Assembly: GCF_028641065.1 (NCBI RefSeq)
Contig: NC_073395.1
Span: 22,444,001-22,508,000, forward strand
Reading direction: 5' to 3'
DNA from: Leucoraja erinacea
Lineage: Eukaryota
DNA: 64,000 nucleotides
Under the pieces are notes generated by a model. That model made no database searches and was not told where the DNA came from. It saw only the letters and a list, made by a program, of their open reading frames with translations. The translations under genes and the position numbers were made by a program. This document shows positions 12,258 through 37,684 of this stretch, in pieces. How positions within the stretch are numbered: position 1 is the stretch's first letter; every line of letters starts with the position of its first letter.

Positions 12258-13293
12258 TAGGTATGTTACAATACTTACCTTCAGCGGGGCTGCAATTCTG
12301 CCACTGGCCGTGTGTGCGATTTTGACGCATTTGGGGGGGGGGGGATTTAAAACGCGTTTTTTGTCCTGGATTATATTTGGTTGGAGTGCAAGCTTTTGCT
12401 GAAGAATCGTTCCGACTGCCGTTCTGTGTATATATATTTTTTAAATCACCCGACTCGTTCAGCACTGGAATCATTTTAAAATCAGCTTCTAAAGCCATCA
12501 ACGCCGACAACGGGGACGGATTTCATGTAGGTGACAGGTAAAAGAAAGCTGTTTATTTTTATGTTTTAAAGTGGTCCTTAAGATGTCTTTAGTTCACATT
12601 TTAAGTCGCGAAATGGTGATTTAGTCCCCATACCAACTGCCAGTGTTTTTCATGCTGATATGGGGGTCTAAATCACTGCAAACTGCAACGTTTCAAATGG
12701 TCGATTCCAGAAAAAAACACTCGCCAGTTGACTTAAATGGCCATTAATTTACAGGTATTAAACATTAAATTCCTTCCATTTGGCCTATAAATCCATGACA
12801 ATGAGATTTTAAAATTATGTTATATTGTGAATTCTTGTGTGAATGTTATTTGGACACTTATGCTATTTAAAAATGTTAATCTATTCTTAAGAAATTGATA
12901 GATGTTTAGATCTAGTCAATTGAATTTTGAATTAGCTACAATTAGATAACTAACTAATTATATGCTTTAATTTCAAGTCATCTAAGTAAGATTGTTTCAT
13001 ATTTGTTTCAGACTGCTTCAATCTATAATAACTCAAAATGTCTTTTAGTTCTCTTAATTTTTAAGAAAGTTATGGCCATTTGACTGTCCTCGATCACAGC
13101 TTTTGTATTAAGTCAATGCAAACGCAATAGGGAACAAGATGCTAATTTCCGAGTATGAAAATGGCCATAACATTTTTAATACTGAAGATATGAAAGTGAA
13201 TTAGGTGACAAATTAAACTTCTTTTTATGCTTTATCTGATGGGATAAATTACAGACTTGATTTTTAAAATCTCAAAATGTTGTAACATTGCTA
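12258..13293. mobile_element. Non-autonomous DNA transposon with short imperfect TIRs (TAG...CTA termini), superfamily unassigned
   Basis: Left end taggtatgttacaata; right end reverse complement tagcaatgttacaaca. Flanked by a 13/17-identical direct repeat (12241-12257 and 13294-13310). No transposase ORF. Confidence 0.55.
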
Positions 13294-13503
13294 CTCCTAG
13301 GATCATTGAGCATTTATTTGCCCACGCATTGCTGCACATAATTAATTCTTAAGAATAAAATTGCGAACTATGCAACTCGGATCTATTCGTATCATAAATT
13401 GATTGCAAGTATATAAACTTTGTTGATAGAAGTAAAGGGCAGGGCTCACCTGGAGGCTTTCTTTCCTGGGCCTCTCGCTGTCCCCGACACCGGAGCATCG
13501 GCC

Positions 13504-13517
13504 GTTACCATGGCAAC
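13504..13517. promoter_or_regulatory. RFX X-box
   Basis: GTTACCATGGCAAC matches the palindromic RFX consensus GTTRCCATGGYAAC. A half site GTTGCTAAGG lies at 13532. Confidence 0.7.
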
Positions 13518-13718
13518 CGTCTCCCGGGCTGGTTGCTAAGGTCAATGATTGGACAGCAATGACCCGGAAGCAAATGTAGAAGACAAAGGTGAAAATCCAG
13601 ATTGAATTTTTTTGCGTGAAACGAAATATTTATGACTTCGCCTCGGAAAACTGTAAGGCTTTACAGTGCAACAGTTATAATAACAGTGAAGCGCTTCATC
13701 TTGGAGACGGGTTGGTCG

Positions 13719-13737
13719 CCAATCAGGGCGAGCCACG
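13719..13737 (+). promoter_or_regulatory. ER stress response element (ERSE), perfect
   Basis: CCAAT-cagggcgag-CCACG, equal to CCAAT-N9-CCACG (NF-Y plus ATF6/XBP1). Confidence 0.9.
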
Positions 13738-13758
13738 CTCCCGACGTAGGTGCTGGTA

Positions 13759-13777
13759 CATGGAGGGCGCTGATTGG
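13759..13777 (-). promoter_or_regulatory. ERSE, one mismatch
   Basis: Plus strand CATGG-agggcgctg-ATTGG, i.e. CCAAT-N9-CCATG on the minus strand. Confidence 0.7.
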
Positions 13778-13822
13778 CCGAGGAGCGTCGGCCGCGCGCG
13801 GGCATTGGGGCGCGGGCTTTTG

Positions 13823-13841
13823 CGTGGGGCGCTGTGATTGG
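13823..13841 (-). promoter_or_regulatory. ERSE, perfect
   Basis: Plus strand CGTGG-ggcgctgtg-ATTGG, i.e. CCAAT-N9-CCACG on the minus strand. Confidence 0.9.
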
Positions 13842-14055
13842 CCGCCCCCTCGCCCCGCCCCCTGCCCCCCTCCCCCCACCCCGCACGCTTTATTGGCCGA
13901 ACGGTGCCGGGCGGCCGCATTGTGGGCGGCGGGCGGAGCGGGGACAGGTGGCCGCGTGTGTATGTTTCCGTCTCTGTGTCCGGGCTCGAGCTCGAGCAGC
14001 ATTACTCCAGTGAGCCAGAGTACTTTCCGAGGTGGGAACAACGACGACGACGATA

Positions 14056-27598
<13,543 letters not shown>

Positions 27599-27821
27599 GG
27601 GATTAATACTGCACTTAATCTGCTTTGATGTACAGTACTCGGGATATGAAACCATTGTGCAGAATGTTGAAGAACAAACAATTCATTTTCGTCGCAAAAA
27701 GGTAACGGTCTGGGAGGGCAAAGGAGTTTTGTATGTTATTTACATTCCTTGTGGAAGTGAAATGACTGTAAATTTGTAATATTTAAAATGACAATTTCTT
27801 GTGAAACGTCATGTAAACCAT

Positions 27822-27827
27822 AATAAA
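27822..27827 (+). terminator. HSP90B1 polyadenylation signal
   Basis: AATAAA ~225 nt after the stop codon, followed by GT/T-rich sequence. Confidence 0.7.
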
Positions 27828-28511
27828 ACTTTTCCACAAACTTGTTCAAGCTTGTTTGACTGCTGATTTGATATTATAGTTGATATTAAGTTTTATTTTA
27901 ATGTCTGCTGATGTCAACCCTACCAAGATGCTTGACTTTTTTCCCCTTTGGTGACATCAGACCCTTCCTGTTGTATTGGAATAACTCCACCCTTACACCA
28001 CAAAGCATGTGAAAGGCAAGCAACATACATACCTATTATTCAGCTTAGTGCTAGATTTAGGGTTGTCTGTTCTTCCAATGGGTTGAGTGCTGAATATTTT
28101 ACTCAGTGATGCCACACATGTCTATCTTTGGTAAAGTGGTCAGTTAACTGCACTCGCAGCCCATCAGCTAGTAATCCTACCCTCCAAACATTTAATTTGG
28201 CTTATTTGTGGTGAATTGGAAAAGCATCCTACATGCATTGTTTTTCAATTGGTCCAATTAGGCAGCCATAAAATACCGAGTCTTGATCATGCGTTTGGCT
28301 TGACTCTCTCCCCTCGACATCTTTCTTTGTTGGAGAAGAATGGTCAGATTTAAGCCATGGTCATCTCAAATGTTTAGGTATGATTGTCTCACTGATTGGA
28401 GATAGCCTTGCCAATGCCAACATGATCCAGGTTTTGATTAAGTTATGAACCTGACATTGGAAACACGTGAAATTGGTTGTACAGAGTCCTTTCATCGACC
28501 CGAAATGTCAC

Positions 28512-29094
28512 TGTTACGACTCCCGAATGCAGGTACTTCAGAGCCGCGTAACATAATTCAAAAACCAGGTTCAAGTTCAAAAATAGTTTTAATTATTCAA
28601 TGGAACACAAAACCCAAACTTGATTCAAACAAACCAGCCAGGGATATGGATGGACTAACAAACAATTAAACAGTGCTCCAGCCAGCCATGTAATGGACCG
28701 TCGAACCAGAGACTCTAAAACCTGCCTAAAGAGATATAACCCTGAAACAAAATACACGAAAACACTAAGGTCAGCCCTTACCCGTCCCAATTCAATATTT
28801 GTTAACAAGTAATGGTGAAAGTACACAAAGTTCTATGCCATGTGGCCAGGCCTTCCTCAGCTCACACCAGCAGGCTGCTCACAAGTCAGGGTCTACGCAG
28901 AAGAGAGAGAATCCTGGGAAACTCTGGTATTTAAGCTTCAGATGAGTCACCGTCACCTGACACAGCTTGGCCAATCGGGTACAGGAGCCTTTAACCCCTT
29001 GATTCCAGACTCGCAGCCATGAGGCCTGTACTCGGGAGAGAAACGGAGACAGGTAAGTACATAGCATTCACCAGGGGGGGGGGAGCGCCTAACA
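28512..29094. mobile_element. Solo LTR (583 bp)
   Basis: Termini TGTTA...TAACA; exact 5-bp TSD GTCAC at 28507-28511 and 29095-29099; no internal coding sequence. Confidence 0.85.
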
Positions 29095-31507
29095 GTCACC
29101 CATTCCTTTTGTCTGAGATGCCTTATCTGAGCTACTCCAGCATTTTGCACCTATCTTTGATTTAAATCGGCATCCGCAGTTCTTTCCAAAACATATATTC
29201 CTCACTGCTCCATACCCCCACATCATATTTAAACTTTGTCCCTCCTTAAAGCTATTCCTTCTAGTATTCATTTCCATCCTGGGTGAAAAAGGGTATGGCT
29301 GTCTACCATACCTATGCCTCATAATTTTATACTTATATCAGGTCTCCCCTTAACCTCTGAGGGGAGAGCTGATATAAGCATTCCAGAGAAAACAATTGAT
29401 TGTCTAACCTCCCCCAGTAGCTAATACAGGCCTAGTTTGCCTTTTCCTGTTTATAGCTTGATGCTAATAACTCAGCTCCTTAAACAGTTTTATACATATT
29501 AGTGAAGGTAACATATTTCAGAAGGTAATACAATCAGCATTAGTGTAGGCCAAAAGGGCAGATGAAGGACAGAGATTTCCTTCCCTGAAGAACCTTTGGA
29601 GTAGTCTAAAGAAGGTGACCTGAAACATCACCCATCTATGTTCTCCAGGAATGCTGCTTGTCCTGTTGGGTTACTCCAGCACTTTGCATCTCATTAATGC
29701 TCTAAATTTCTTTAAACAGCGTCTTGAATTTTCTTCACCGCCTTTTTATTTGAACTAATGAATGAGCAGAGTTAACAAAGGATAGTGGTTAAATTACTTG
29801 ATTACCTAAAAGCTAACTGGTTGAAAATCCAGTAGGTCAACTACTCTGATCAAGAAACATGTTTAAAACCAGGAAGGGCAGTTTAAATTTATGTAATTGA
29901 AAATGATTTTTAAATTGCTCGGCCAAGTATGAAACTGTTGGGTCTGAAGGATGTCGGCTAAATACATTTCTCATCTCCATTCTAAAGGTACATCCTTTTA
30001 TTCTGAGGCTGTGCCCTCCGGTCCTTGACTTTCCCACTACTGGAAATATTCTCTGTGACAAACTGACCTTGAACCAGCCACTTGATCTAGTCCTTTGATT
30101 ATTTGGCACGTTTCAATAAGATTCCCCCTTCAGACTCCAGCGAGTACAGGTGCAGAGCCATCAAACACGCCTCGTATGTTTGCCCAATCATTCCTGGGAT
30201 CATTCTCGTAAACCTCTGGACCCTCTCCAGCACATTGTTCCTCAGTTATGGGACCTGGAAATCCTCACAATATTCCAAATATGGTCTGACGGGTATCTTA
30301 TAAAGCCTCAGCACTACTTTTGTAGTCTTTTAGTGCCTTGCAGAATGTGTATAATTTAAAAATGTTTTTTATTATTTGTGGATGTTGCTGCAAGCCAGAT
30401 GTTCATCATACCTGTACCTCAGGATTTGACTTGATATTGGGAACCTCTTACTTAGATCCAGGTATTAAATGATGATGAGAGTCATTAAAGCACTTTCACT
30501 TAATGTGGAGCTGTGTCTGCTTATTATATACCAAGCTCCCACAAAGAGCAACATGATGGCCATAACCATTTCCAGTGAGAATTGAAAGTTGAATTTGAAG
30601 AAGGACATTATTGCTATTAAGGGAGTGCAGCGTAGGTTCACCAGGTTAATTCCCAGGATGGTGTGGGCTGACATGATGAAAGAATGGGTCGACTGGACCA
30701 TTTGGAATTTGGAAGGATGAGTGTGGAATTCTCTGCTTTAGAGGGCAGTGGAGGCTGGTTCTCTGGATACTTTCAAGAGAGAGCTAGATAAGGCTCTTAA
30801 AGATAGCGGAGTCAGGGGATATGGGGAGAAGGCAGGGTTAAGGATGATCAGCCACGATCACATGGAATAGCCTACTTCTGCACCCATTGTCTATTGAAAG
30901 ATGAATATTGACCATCTTACTGGAGTTTAAATTCCCATTCTCCGTGGGCATTTTGTCTGCAAGGCTTCAGTTTTTTACTGTGTGGATTATAGGCCTAGCT
31001 GTGAACCAGTGCAATAAACTAATGCCTTGCTCAGAGTTGCTGATGTTTTCTTTGAGCAAATACTAGATTAAGTGATGCCAAGTAAATGCCATAATCAGCT
31101 GTGACTGTTTAGAAACCAGAGTAATCAGTGACCTTGAACAAAAACAAACATGCACTAGTTCAATTATATTTATTTGTAATGTACATTTTAGAAACCTTGT
31201 GATGAACAATTAATAAATATCGTTGGACTTGAATCACATAAAATGGCACCAGAAACATGGTGACTTGTGTACTGTCTCGGTATAATCCATGTAAGATTTT
31301 TTACTGAACTGTATACAAAACAGGAATTTCACTGTACCTAGGTGCATGACAATAAAGTACCATTAAAGGCATTCAGATTTGGCTTCATTTAATAAGCAAG
31401 TTCGGTATTCTGAAAACGCAAGAAATCATGGGATTTGTCAAAGGTCATTCACCATAAAGAAAAAGCGAACAAAGCGCTGAATGTACAAACTGTATAAATT
31501 CTTATCT

Positions 31508-32019
31508 TTATTCATAATTTATGTGTAAAAATATATTTAATCTGAGGAACGGGGATGACAGGTAGCGGGAGAGCGGGGTGTAACAGCTAGATAGAGGGGC
31601 CAGATGCGTGGGTACGCGCAACCAGGATCGAACCCGGGTCCCCGGCACCACAAGTGCTGCCGAACTGCCACTGGACCACCTCTGTCTCACCCCCCTGAGT
31701 GTCCCAAACACACCCGGGGGGCTGCCTGAGACGTCCGAGGCGACCCTGGAGCAACGGTGGCCATCGCGGAGAAGAAGCCCCAACCCCAGCTCAACTCTGC
31801 CTGCCGGGCCAACTGACAGCCTGGACCGACGGAACAGCGGCCCACAGGCTGATGATCAGTGCCTGGCCCCCGCCAGCATTGGACAAGGAGAGAGGCGCAG
31901 CCGACGGCCCCCAGACCCTCCAGGGACAGGGACGGCTCAGCCGCAACTCAACAGCGCCGGAGACCACGGACCCCGACCTTACTCACCAACGCATAAAGCA
32001 TAAAAAAAATAAATAAATA
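31508..32019 (-). repeat. Unclassified GC-rich element with an internal tRNA-like Pol III A/B box
   Basis: Minus strand TGGTCCAGTGG (31678-31668) and GGTTCGATCC (31634-31625); ends in AATAAA at ~31508. CpG-rich against an AT-rich background. Confidence 0.45.
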
Positions 32020-33147
32020 AGGTCCCACATAGGAGATCAGTGGGCAAAATTAGGGCACATGGTATTGGGGGTAGAGTGCTGACATGGATAGAAAATTGGT
32101 TGGCAGACAAGAAACAAAGAGTAGGGATTAACGGGTCCCTTTCAAAATGACAGGCAATGACTAGTGGGGTACCGCAAGACTTGGTGCTGGGACAGCAGCT
32201 ATTTACAATACACATCAATGATTTAGATGAAGGGATTCAAAGTAACATTAGCAAATTTGCAAAGCTGGGTGGCAGTGTGAACTGTGAGGGGGATGCTATG
32301 AGAATGCAGGGTGACTTGGACAGGTTGGGGGAGTGGGCAGATGCAGTTTAATGTGGATAAAGATGAAGTTATCCACTTTGGTAGCAAAAACAGGAAGGCA
32401 GATTATTATCTAAATGGTGTCAAGTTGGGAAAAGGGAAAGTACCAGGGGATCTGGGGGTCCTTGTTCATCAGTCAATGAAAGTAAGCATGCAGGTACAGC
32501 AGGCAGTGAAGAAAGCGAATGGCATGTTGGCCTTCATAACAAGAGGAGTTGAATATAGGAGCAAAGAGGACCATCTGCAGTTGTATAGGGCCCTAGTGAG
32601 ACCACACCTGGAGTATTGTGTGCAATTTTGGTCCCCTAATTTGAGGAAGGACATTATTGCTATTGAGTTTATCGTAGGTTACAAGGTTAATTCCCGGGAT
32701 GGCGGGACTGTCGAATGCTGAGAGAATGGAGCGGCTGAGCTTGTATACTCTGGAGTTTAGAAGGATGAGAGGGAATCTTATTGAAACATATAAGATTATT
32801 AAGGGTTTGGACATGCTAGAGGCAGGAAACATGTTCCGGATGTTGGGGAGTCCAGAACCAGGGATCACTGTTTAAGAATAAGGGGTGAGCCATTAGAACA
32901 GAGATGAGGAAACACTTTTTCCACACAGAGTTATGTATGTGGAATTCTCTGCCTCAGAGGGCGGTGGAGGCCGGTTCTCTGGATAGTTTCAAGAGAGAGC
33001 TACCTAGGGCTCTTGAAGATAGCAGAGTCACGGGAAATGGGGAGAAGGCAAGAACGGGGTACTGATTGCGGATGATCAGCCATGATCACAGTGAATGGTG
33101 GTGCTGGCTCGAAGGGCCGAATGGCCTACTCCTGCACCTATTGTCTA
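32020..33147 (+). mobile_element. CR1 LINE 3' part, frameshifted
   Basis: ORFs 32157-32351 (TSGVPQ, INDLDEG) and 32311-32721 (RPHLEYCVQFWSP); tail cacctattgtctat. Confidence 0.9.
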
Positions 33148-33787
33148 TAATCTTAGCTTTTAACAAAGGAACAATAAATACAACTAACTCATAGTTTGAA
33201 AGCAGTATTTTCTTACCTAGAAGAATCAAAGCTGGAAAAAACCGGGTGAAATGTGTCCACAGCTCCACTGCAATATTTATGCAGAGTGACCTTTGACCTG
33301 GGCATGCGCAGTCGGAATACCGAGCTCGCTTATTCAGCAGATCATTGTACATTTCCCATATATTTTTCCTCAATACTCTTTTGCATTCTAGTTAAAATCT
33401 GCTTATTAACTTTAATATCCACATAAAGCTTTACATTTAGATTCAATTCAGAGTGCTGTTGTTTGGATTGAATCGTTTTAAATATTTTTCAGTAGGATTT
33501 TACATATTTTTTGTTCACTGCAAGAATTTCAATTTTAGAATGCCATCGTACAAAACATATTCCATTTAACACAAGTCACTGGTCAGAATCAATAGTAAAT
33601 AAGTGTTACGGTTCTGCTAACATGAGGTTGAACATTCAGTAAATTACCATTTTCCACTTTAACCTCAATGTATAAAGTGGGTGTGGTGCGACTATCATCT
33701 TTGAAAGTGTTTTAGAGAAAATCATGCCTGCAAATGACTCTGGCTGCCAAATATATTACATGGGACGCGTCTTCTGTTTCATTTCTT

Positions 33788-35087
33788 TCAGTGTTTTTGT
33801 GAATTATGAGTCTGGATTTCATCTTTCAATCCCAGAAGTTCTGTTTTAAGCTCACCTGGCTTCGGTGGAATTTCTGGTATACTCTAAAAATAAAAATTGG
33901 AAACTAAAGTTCAGCGGTGAATAGAAGTTTTAACAGATCATTGAGTTCACAAAGTTAACTAAAAACAGCTGGAATGAACAGTAAATGAAACTCAAGGCAA
34001 TGGTTATTGTTAAAGCTCCACCAATGATTTTAACTTCATTTTTATCCTGAATGCTCATTCTAATAAACCATTTGAATTCTCATAAATTTGCTGATGATTT
34101 TCTGGTTTTGTTGCAGACATTGCAATTGCAGATCAGGTAAATTAAGCAACTATTTTCCTTACTATTTCCAGATATTCACCAATATATCACACCCTCATCC
34201 TCTCAAAGAAACCTAGTAACCAGATTTACAAAACATACAACAAAAACAGGAAGTGCTACAAACTATTTGTACAAACCCTGAAAACGAGTTTTATTACATC
34301 AACCACACGCTTCAAGTAATGAACATAGAACAGTACAGCAAAGTATCAGGCCCTTCACCCCACTATGTTGTGCCCAACATGATGCCAAGTTAAACTGACT
34401 CATCTGCCTGTACATGATCCATATAGCTCTATTCCCTGACTTCCATATGCCCATCTAAAAGCTTTTTAAACATCACTATCGTATCTGCATCCACCACCGT
34501 TCCGGGCCCCCACTATGTGTGTAAAAGACTTGGCCGGCACATCTCCATGCAAACAAATCCGCCTCTCACCTTATAGCCATGACTAAGAGTGTTAGACATT
34601 TCCACCCAGGGAAAAAGGTTCTGAACATCTACCCTTTCTATGCCTCTCATAATTTTATTTACTTCTATCAAGTCCCCCCTCAACCTCTGACGTTCCAGAA
34701 AAAACAATCCAAGTCTATCCCACCTCAAAGAAACATTTGAAATATCTGTTGCATTTATTTTCTGAATTTGAAAGTTAAAGGAAAGAAGTAAAACAGCTAA
34801 TAACTGGAGAGTGTCTATCAGTCCACATCGTCGAGACAAGGATACAACAGTCACCAGCGAGCCAAGATAAAGTGCATAATTATTGCTCACCAACATAAGG
34901 AATATTAAATGGAATGATGCAAGACTAGAGATGTTAGACAGACAGAAGAGAAACAGAATGTGTGAGAGTTTTCACTCACCAGGTCTGGTCTGTAGTATCT
35001 GTGCACTACTTCTGCTCCTGCAAACATTGTCAGGATGCTTGTCCCCAGCATGGTTAAATAACGGAACCAGGAGACCCCTGCTGGCAT
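33788..35087 (-). CDS. UQCC6: BRAWNIN (C12orf73), mitochondrial complex III assembly microprotein, 67 aa, two coding exons
   Basis: Exons 35087-34980 and 33883-33788 (GT-AG, phase 0) give MPAGVSWFRYLTMLGTSILTMFAGAEVVHRYYRPDL|SIPEIPPKPGELKTELLGLKDEIQTHNSQKH*. This matches the conserved MPAGV...AGAEVVHRYYRPDL.IPEIPPK.GELKTELLGLK, and the gene sits between HSP90B1 and TDG as in human. Confidence 0.95.
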
Positions 35088-36023
35088 CTTTATATATGTA
35101 CATAAGGTTCCCTTGCCACTGTGAAATAGACATTAGAAATCAAAATATCAATTGACAACTTTGTTCAGATTATACTGCAGTTACCAGATGTAGTGTGCCA
35201 ATGACAAAAAATCAACTTTAGTTTAATTTAGAGATACAGCATGGAAACAGGCCCTTCGGCCCACCGAATCCACGCCAACCAACAATTACCCAAACACTAG
35301 TTCCATCCTACAAATTAGACAATAGACAATAGGTGCAGGAGTAAGCCATTTGGCCCTTCGAGCTAGCACCGCCATTCAATGTGATCATGGCTGATCATCC
35401 CCAATCAGTACCCCATTCCTGCCTTCGCCCCATATCCCCTGACTCCGTAATTTTTAAGAGCCCTCTCTAGCTCTTTCTTGAAAGCATCCAGAGAACCTGC
35501 CTCCACCGCCCTGAGGCAGAGAATTAGGGACAATTAACGCAAGCCAATTAACCTACAAACCTGTACGTCTTTGAAATGTGGGAGGAAACACACAATACAA
35601 ATTCCGTACAGACAGCACCTGTAGTCAGGATTGAACATGGGACTCTGGCACTGTAAGGCAGCAACTCTACTGCTGCAGCACTATGGTATATCTAGCATTA
35701 AATGTTGTACCCTTTATTCTTTATCATTACTTTTGTAACTTTGTCTGTGCCAGACACGTGGCGACTCTTTGCGTACTTTGTGTATTGTATGCAAATACAA
35801 AGGATTTCACTGTGACAATAATATACCTGGCACCCTTACAACTCGTGTATAGCCCCTTGGGGTGATTTCCCTTCCCTCATTTGAGAGGCGTCTCCACCAC
35901 AATGTGCAACTGCGGGAGGACCCTAGACTGTGGTCCTCCCTCACAGAGACAGTTGTGTGCAAAGCTCCTCTATGATCTTTGATTGTGCTCTAAGATCTTT
36001 GGGGTAAACTGAAGCAAACTCAC

Positions 36024-36110
36024 CTCACCGACTGTCTCCAGTGTGCTGCCCACAACCCTCCCTCTAGTCGCGCTGTCGTCAGTCCCGCGTCATTCGTTCC
36101 ACTCTGAACA
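36024..36110 (-). other. UQCC6: Candidate non-coding first exon of UQCC6
   Basis: Strong minus-strand donor GAG|GTGAGT at 36024/36023 in a locally CpG-rich patch. The coding exon has an acceptor at 35118, so an upstream exon is required. The 5' boundary is a guess. Confidence 0.45.
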
Positions 36111-37134
36111 CGACTTAACTTCATCCTGACAAACCGCTTAAGAATGTCTATTGCATTATTATTGTCTGTCTGTTTGCTTTTTGATAAATACTGATTTTTT
36201 TTGTTATCTGCTACGGGTTTTACAGAGTAATATTTTTACATATCTGTTGTGCTGTTGCAAGTAAGAGTTTTATTGGTGTTTCCGGGCACATGACAATAAA
36301 ACACTCTTGGAGCAAAAAAAACAGGTAGCCTGGCAAATTCACTACATACCAACTGATCACTCTGGGTGAGAAAGGGAACAGATGATTCCTCCACTGTCAA
36401 AGTCAAAGTCAATTTTGGCCAAACACAAATTGGAGAAACAGCACCTTATATTTCACCTGGGAAGCGTATGAACAATTGATTTCTCTAATTTCAAGTAACC
36501 CTTGCTTTCCCTCCATCTCCGTCCCTCCCCCACCCTAGTCGTCCTACTAGTTTCACTGCCGTCCTGTTGAGCTCCACTGTTTGTATAACTCGTTATCTGT
36601 CACCTTCCCCGCAGCCACCAATGGGCCATTGTGGCCTCCACATTTCCTAGATCATGGTTGCTTTTTGCATACCTTCCCTTCATTCATTTTATTTTTCTCT
36701 ATTTACCTTCTATATCTCTCTTTTCCCTGTCCCCTGACTCTCAGTCTGAGAAGGGGATCGAGACGACCCAAAACGTCCCCTATTCCTTTTCTCCAGAGAT
36801 GGTGCCCATTTTTGAAGGTGCCTGACCCGCTGGGGGAGGGGGAGGGGCAATGCCCTGCGCAGCCGTTGGGCTCCACCATCGTTGAAGAAAGAGAGGGGGT
36901 GGGGGTTGATAAAAACGGTCAATAAATGGACTTTTAGATTATTTAATACCAAAGCGGTTGCGTATTTCGTGATAAGTTTCTATATTAATTTAGGACCAAT
37001 CCATTTAGTCTGGTATTGTGCCTATGATGTGCAGAATAGGTTTTGCTGTAATGTGTAGATTCCCTGCCCGGGGAGGTGGGGGGGTCGGGCAGCCCCTGCC
37101 ACGGTGACTGTGCGGCCCCGTGGGTGGGGACGCG

Positions 37135-37672
37135 GATCCCGGCGCCGGTGAATGAGGGAGAGACGTTAATGCGTGAAAGCGGGCCCGGCGTTAGTGAGGA
37201 AGAGCGGCGCCAGTGAGGGAGAGCGGGCCCGGCGTTAGTGAGGGAGAGCGGCGCCAGTGATCCCCGGCGTTAGTGAGGGAGAGCGGCGCCAGTGAGGGAG
37301 AGCGGGCCCGGCGTTAGTGAGGGAGAGCGGCGCCAGTGAGGGAGAGCGGCGCCAGTGGTCCCCGGCGTTAGTGAGGGAGAGCGGCGCCAGTGAGGGAGAG
37401 CGGGCCCGGCGTTAGTGAGGGAGAGCGGCGCCAGTGAGGGAGAGCGGGCCCGGCGTTAGTGAGGGAGAGCGGCGCCAGTGATCCCCGGCGTTAGTGAGGA
37501 AGAGCGGCGCCAGTGAGAGAGAGTGGGCCCCGGCGTTAGTGAGGGAGAGCGGGCCCCGGCGCTAGTGAGGAAGAGTTGGCCCCGGCGTTAGTGAGGGAGG
37601 GCGGTGCCAGTGGGCCCCGGCGCTAGTGAGGAAGAGTTGGCCCCGGCGTTAATGAGGAAGAGCGGGCCCCGG
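37135..37672. repeat. CpG-rich minisatellite directly upstream of the TDG ATG
   Basis: Interspersed ~19-nt (agtgagggagagcggcgcc) and ~25-nt (agtgagggagagcgggcccggcgtt) units, more than 20 in total, ending ~12 nt before ATG 37685. Confidence 0.92.
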
Positions 37673-37684
37673 ACGCCCGCCATC

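Noticed and set aside
37135-37672. Repeat array considered as a CRISPR array or a coding extension of TDG
   Set aside because: No unique spacers, no cas genes and a eukaryotic context; the units contain TAG/TGA stops.
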